Made by a program: the position numbers and the translations under genes. A stretch of 64,000 nt of DNA from Candidatus Undinarchaeales archaeon (GTDB lineage: Archaea > SpSt-1190 > JASMDC01). Under the pieces are notes generated by a model. That model did no database searches. It was not told where the DNA came from and worked only from the letters and a program-made list of their open reading frames with translations. The stretch is from positions 32,001-96,000 of the forward strand of contig JASMDC010000005.1 of assembly GCA_030753015.1 (NCBI GenBank). The letters are read 5' to 3'. Positions 61,472 through 64,000 of this stretch are shown here, in pieces; within the stretch, counting starts at the first letter, position 1, and each line of letters starts with the position of its first letter.

Positions 61472-63175
61472 TCACATCATCGTGTATTTCGGCCCGCCCC
61501 CGCCCTCCGGCGGTACCCACGTGATGATCTCGTAGGGATCCTTCACGTCACAGGTCTTGCAGTGGACACAGTTGGAGAAATTGATCTTGAGCGTGGGCTT
61601 GCCCGTCTCCTCGTCGACCTCCATCTCGTAGACATTGGCCGGGCAGAACCTCGTGCACGGATTCTGGTATTCCTTGGTGCACTTAGTGTAGCAGATGCTT
61701 GTGTCCGCCACTCTGAGGTGGGGCGGTTGCTTCTCCTCGTGGATGGTCCCGGAATGGTACACGTCCGTCTCCTTGTTGAAGGTCCGCTTCCCATCGAACG
61801 CGATGATGCCCTTCTCCTCGTCCGTGGGCGAGTCCGTCCCATAGTGATCGGCCACCGTTCTCAGGGATGTGTAATCGGGTTGCGCTCCGAGGCGGGCCTT
61901 GAGGAACCGCCCCCCAAAAAGGAACTGGAACCCTCCCCTGACCAGCCCGGCCCACAATCCCTGGTGGAAGGCTTGGTGGAAGTTGCGCGATCTGTAGAGT
62001 TCTTGGCCGACATCGCTTCCGAGGAGTGAGTCAGCGTAGCCTTTGAGCACGGCCTCCGAGAACTCGTTCTTCTTGATGGCCTCGAAGATGGAGTCTGCGG
62101 CCAGCATCCCGGACCTCATGGCCACATGGATCCCCTTGAGCTTCTGGCTGATGAAGAGGCTTGCTGAGTCCCCGACGATGAGCCCGCCCTCAAAGGTGAG
62201 CTTCGGGATGGAGAAGTACCCGCCCACGGGGGCGGTCTTTGCCCCGTACTGGAGGGGCTTCCCTCCCTCGAGCAGGCCGCCGATGAAGGGATGGAGCTTG
62301 TACTTCTGGAACTCGGAATGGGGGTCCAGGAATGAATCCTTGTAGTCCAGGCCGGTCATGAGCCCCAGGGCGACCCGGTCGTTCTTCATGCCATAGATGA
62401 ACCCTCCCCCGTAGGTACTGCTCTTGTGGGGATAGCCCATGGTGTGGATGACCTCTCCCGGCTCGATCCTTCCCTTCGGGACCTCCCACACCTCCTTCAC
62501 TCCGAGCACGTAGCTCTGGGGGTTCTTCCCCTTGTCCAGATCGAATCGGTCGATGACAGCCTTGGTGAGGCCCCCCCGGGACCCCTCTCCGAACACGGTG
62601 ACCTTGGCGTGGAGGTCGATCCCCGACTCGAAATTGGCCTTCTTGTTGCCGTCCGCATCGATCCCGTTATCCCCCGTCCTGACACCGATCACCCGGTCCC
62701 CGTCGTACAGTACTTCCGTGGCCGCAAAGCCGGGGAAGACGTCGACGCCGTTCTCCTCGACCAGCCGACCCATCCATTCGGTCAATCTGGAGAGTGAGAC
62801 CACATAGTGGCCGCGGTTGTCCATGGGAGGGGGTGTGAACGGGAGCCCTATCTTCCAGCCCTTCGTCAGGAAACAGACCGCCTCCTTCCGGACCTCACCC
62901 TCCAGAGGCGCATCCTTCTCCAGGAAGTCCGGGACGAGCTCCTTGAGGGCACTCGGATCAAGGACCGCCCCGGAGATGCTGTGGGTGCCCACGGAAGAGG
63001 CCTTTTCCAGCAGGGCGATCATGGGCTCGTCGATCCTCTCTCCCTCACCCTCCTGCTCGACCTTCTCGTTGTGTTTTCTAATGAGGTTCGTAAGATGGAG
63101 CGCCCCGCTCAGGCAAGCGATGCCGCCGCCCACGAAGAGCACGTCCACCTCCATGATCTCCCGCTCTTCTTCCAT
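61472..63175 (-). CDS. ETF:quinone oxidoreductase (FAD + C-terminal 4Fe-4S)
   Basis: VGGG.A, H.ISGA, KE.WE, KGIH.AM.SGMLAA, FCPA.VYE...NCVHCKTCD.KDP. Confidence 0.9.
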   Translation of the reverse strand: MEEEREIMEVDVLFVGGGIACLSGALHLTNLIRKHNEKVEQEGEGERIDEPMIALLEKASSVGTHSISGAVLDPSALKELVPDFLEKDAPLEGEVRKEAVCFLTKGWKIGLPFTPPPMDNRGHYVVSLSRLTEWMGRLVEENGVDVFPGFAATEVLYDGDRVIGVRTGDNGIDADGNKKANFESGIDLHAKVTVFGEGSRGGLTKAVIDRFDLDKGKNPQSYVLGVKEVWEVPKGRIEPGEVIHTMGYPHKSSTYGGGFIYGMKNDRVALGLMTGLDYKDSFLDPHSEFQKYKLHPFIGGLLEGGKPLQYGAKTAPVGGYFSIPKLTFEGGLIVGDSASLFISQKLKGIHVAMRSGMLAADSIFEAIKKNEFSEAVLKGYADSLLGSDVGQELYRSRNFHQAFHQGLWAGLVRGGFQFLFGGRFLKARLGAQPDYTSLRTVADHYGTDSPTDEEKGIIAFDGKRTFNKETDVYHSGTIHEEKQPPHLRVADTSICYTKCTKEYQNPCTRFCPANVYEMEVDEETGKPTLKINFSNCVHCKTCDVKDPYEIITWVPPEGGGGPKYTMM

Positions 63176-63435
63176 GATCAGCCCTCCATGACATCCGGCA
63201 AGGCACCTAGTTCCAAGGATTAGACTTTAAATCTCACGTTTTTTCGGCCCCTCTCCTCGCAGGATCTCACAAGGTCCCGCGATCATCACGCGGCTTCGGG
63301 CGGGGATGACAAACGGGTGAGGGGAGATACCCTGTCACGATCGGTCCGACAGGGGCACGGTCCGGGAAAACTCATCCCTCGGGCTGATAGAGTTTTAATA
63401 TTTCGAGGCGTTATGCCTTGATTTGCACATCGTAA

Positions 63436-63467
63436 ATGAAAAATCTTAAAAGCGTTTTAATTTTCAT
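63436..63467. promoter_or_regulatory. AT-rich imperfect palindrome upstream of the acyl-CoA synthetase
   Basis: ATGAAAA-ATC-TTAAAA-GCG-TTTTAA-TTTTCAT. Confidence 0.45.
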
Positions 63468-63485
63468 CAGGCACCGGTCATAACA

Positions 63486-64000
63486 ATGGGAGAAACGAGC
63501 GGATTCGATTATGATGATAAGGTCTCGGACTGGAACTGGGATGTCCCAAAGAAATACAACATGGGCTACGATTGTTGTGATCGGGTGGCAGATGATCCCG
63601 CGACCAGCAATAAGGTCGCCCTGTACTGGGAGAACGAGAAGGGGGAAGAGAGAAGATTCACGTTCCTTGAAATGAAGAACCTTAGCAACAGGTTCGGGAA
63701 TGCCCTCAGGAAGCTGGGCTTCTCGAAGGGCGACCGCTTTCTCATGCGTCTTCCGAACGTCCCGGAGTTCCAGATGGTATTCCTCGGGGGTGTGAAGATA
63801 GGTGCCGTGCCGATCCCGTCCAGCACGATGTTCAAGGCCAAGGAGATCGAGTACCGGATCCTGGACTCGGATGCGATCGCGGTCATAACGACCCCCGAAG
63901 GGATGGAGGATGTCGACAAGATCAAGGGCAACTGCCCGACACTGAAACACATTATCATTGTTGGAGATGAGCTGAAGGAGGGGGAGCTCTCCTTCTATGA
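63486..64000 (+). CDS. AMP-forming acyl-CoA synthetase (medium-chain type), truncated by the window edge
   Basis: Not in the ORF track. Manual translation gives MGETSGFDYDD...WDVPKKYNMGYDCCD...ALYWENEKGEERRFTF..MK..SNRFGNAL..LG..KGDR....PNVPEF...KIGAVPIP. Confidence 0.85.
   Translation, partial: MGETSGFDYDDKVSDWNWDVPKKYNMGYDCCDRVADDPATSNKVALYWENEKGEERRFTFLEMKNLSNRFGNALRKLGFSKGDRFLMRLPNVPEFQMVFLGGVKIGAVPIPSSTMFKAKEIEYRILDSDAIAVITTPEGMEDVDKIKGNCPTLKHIIIVGDELKEGELSFY

Overview
Archaeal-type genomic DNA: TATA/BRE promoters, GGAGGTGA-type ribosome-binding sites (RBS), MptA, AMP phosphorylase and a DUF35/thiolase pair. It falls into two parts with different codon habits. The left part (1-26.3 kb, Arg mostly CGN, many near-leaderless genes) holds a surface-glycosylation cluster (four GT-C membrane transferases, three of them close paralogs, plus GT2/GT4 enzymes and a deacetylase), a glycogen debranching enzyme, a divergent luciferase-like gene coupled to an atypical proB, an HExxH protein, an XPD/Rad3 helicase, an AT-rich RelE/DUF2683 toxin-antitoxin islet flanked by dif/Xer-like sites, mptA-queE, AMP phosphorylase and an aminotransferase. 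The right part (26.3-64 kb, Arg mostly AGG/AGA) is an unbroken catabolic block: a B12 acyl-CoA mutase with isobutyryl-CoA-mutase specificity residues plus MeaB/CobO, beta-oxidation enzymes, a PadBCD-like molybdoenzyme, a complete reductive pyrimidine degradation pathway, a liu-like methylcrotonyl-CoA carboxylase cluster without HMG-CoA lyase, a Cys-less thiolase with a DUF35 partner, ETF and ETF-quinone oxidoreductase. No rRNA, tRNA, CRISPR array, integrase or transposase was recognised. All assignments come from motif recognition by eye, with no database searches.
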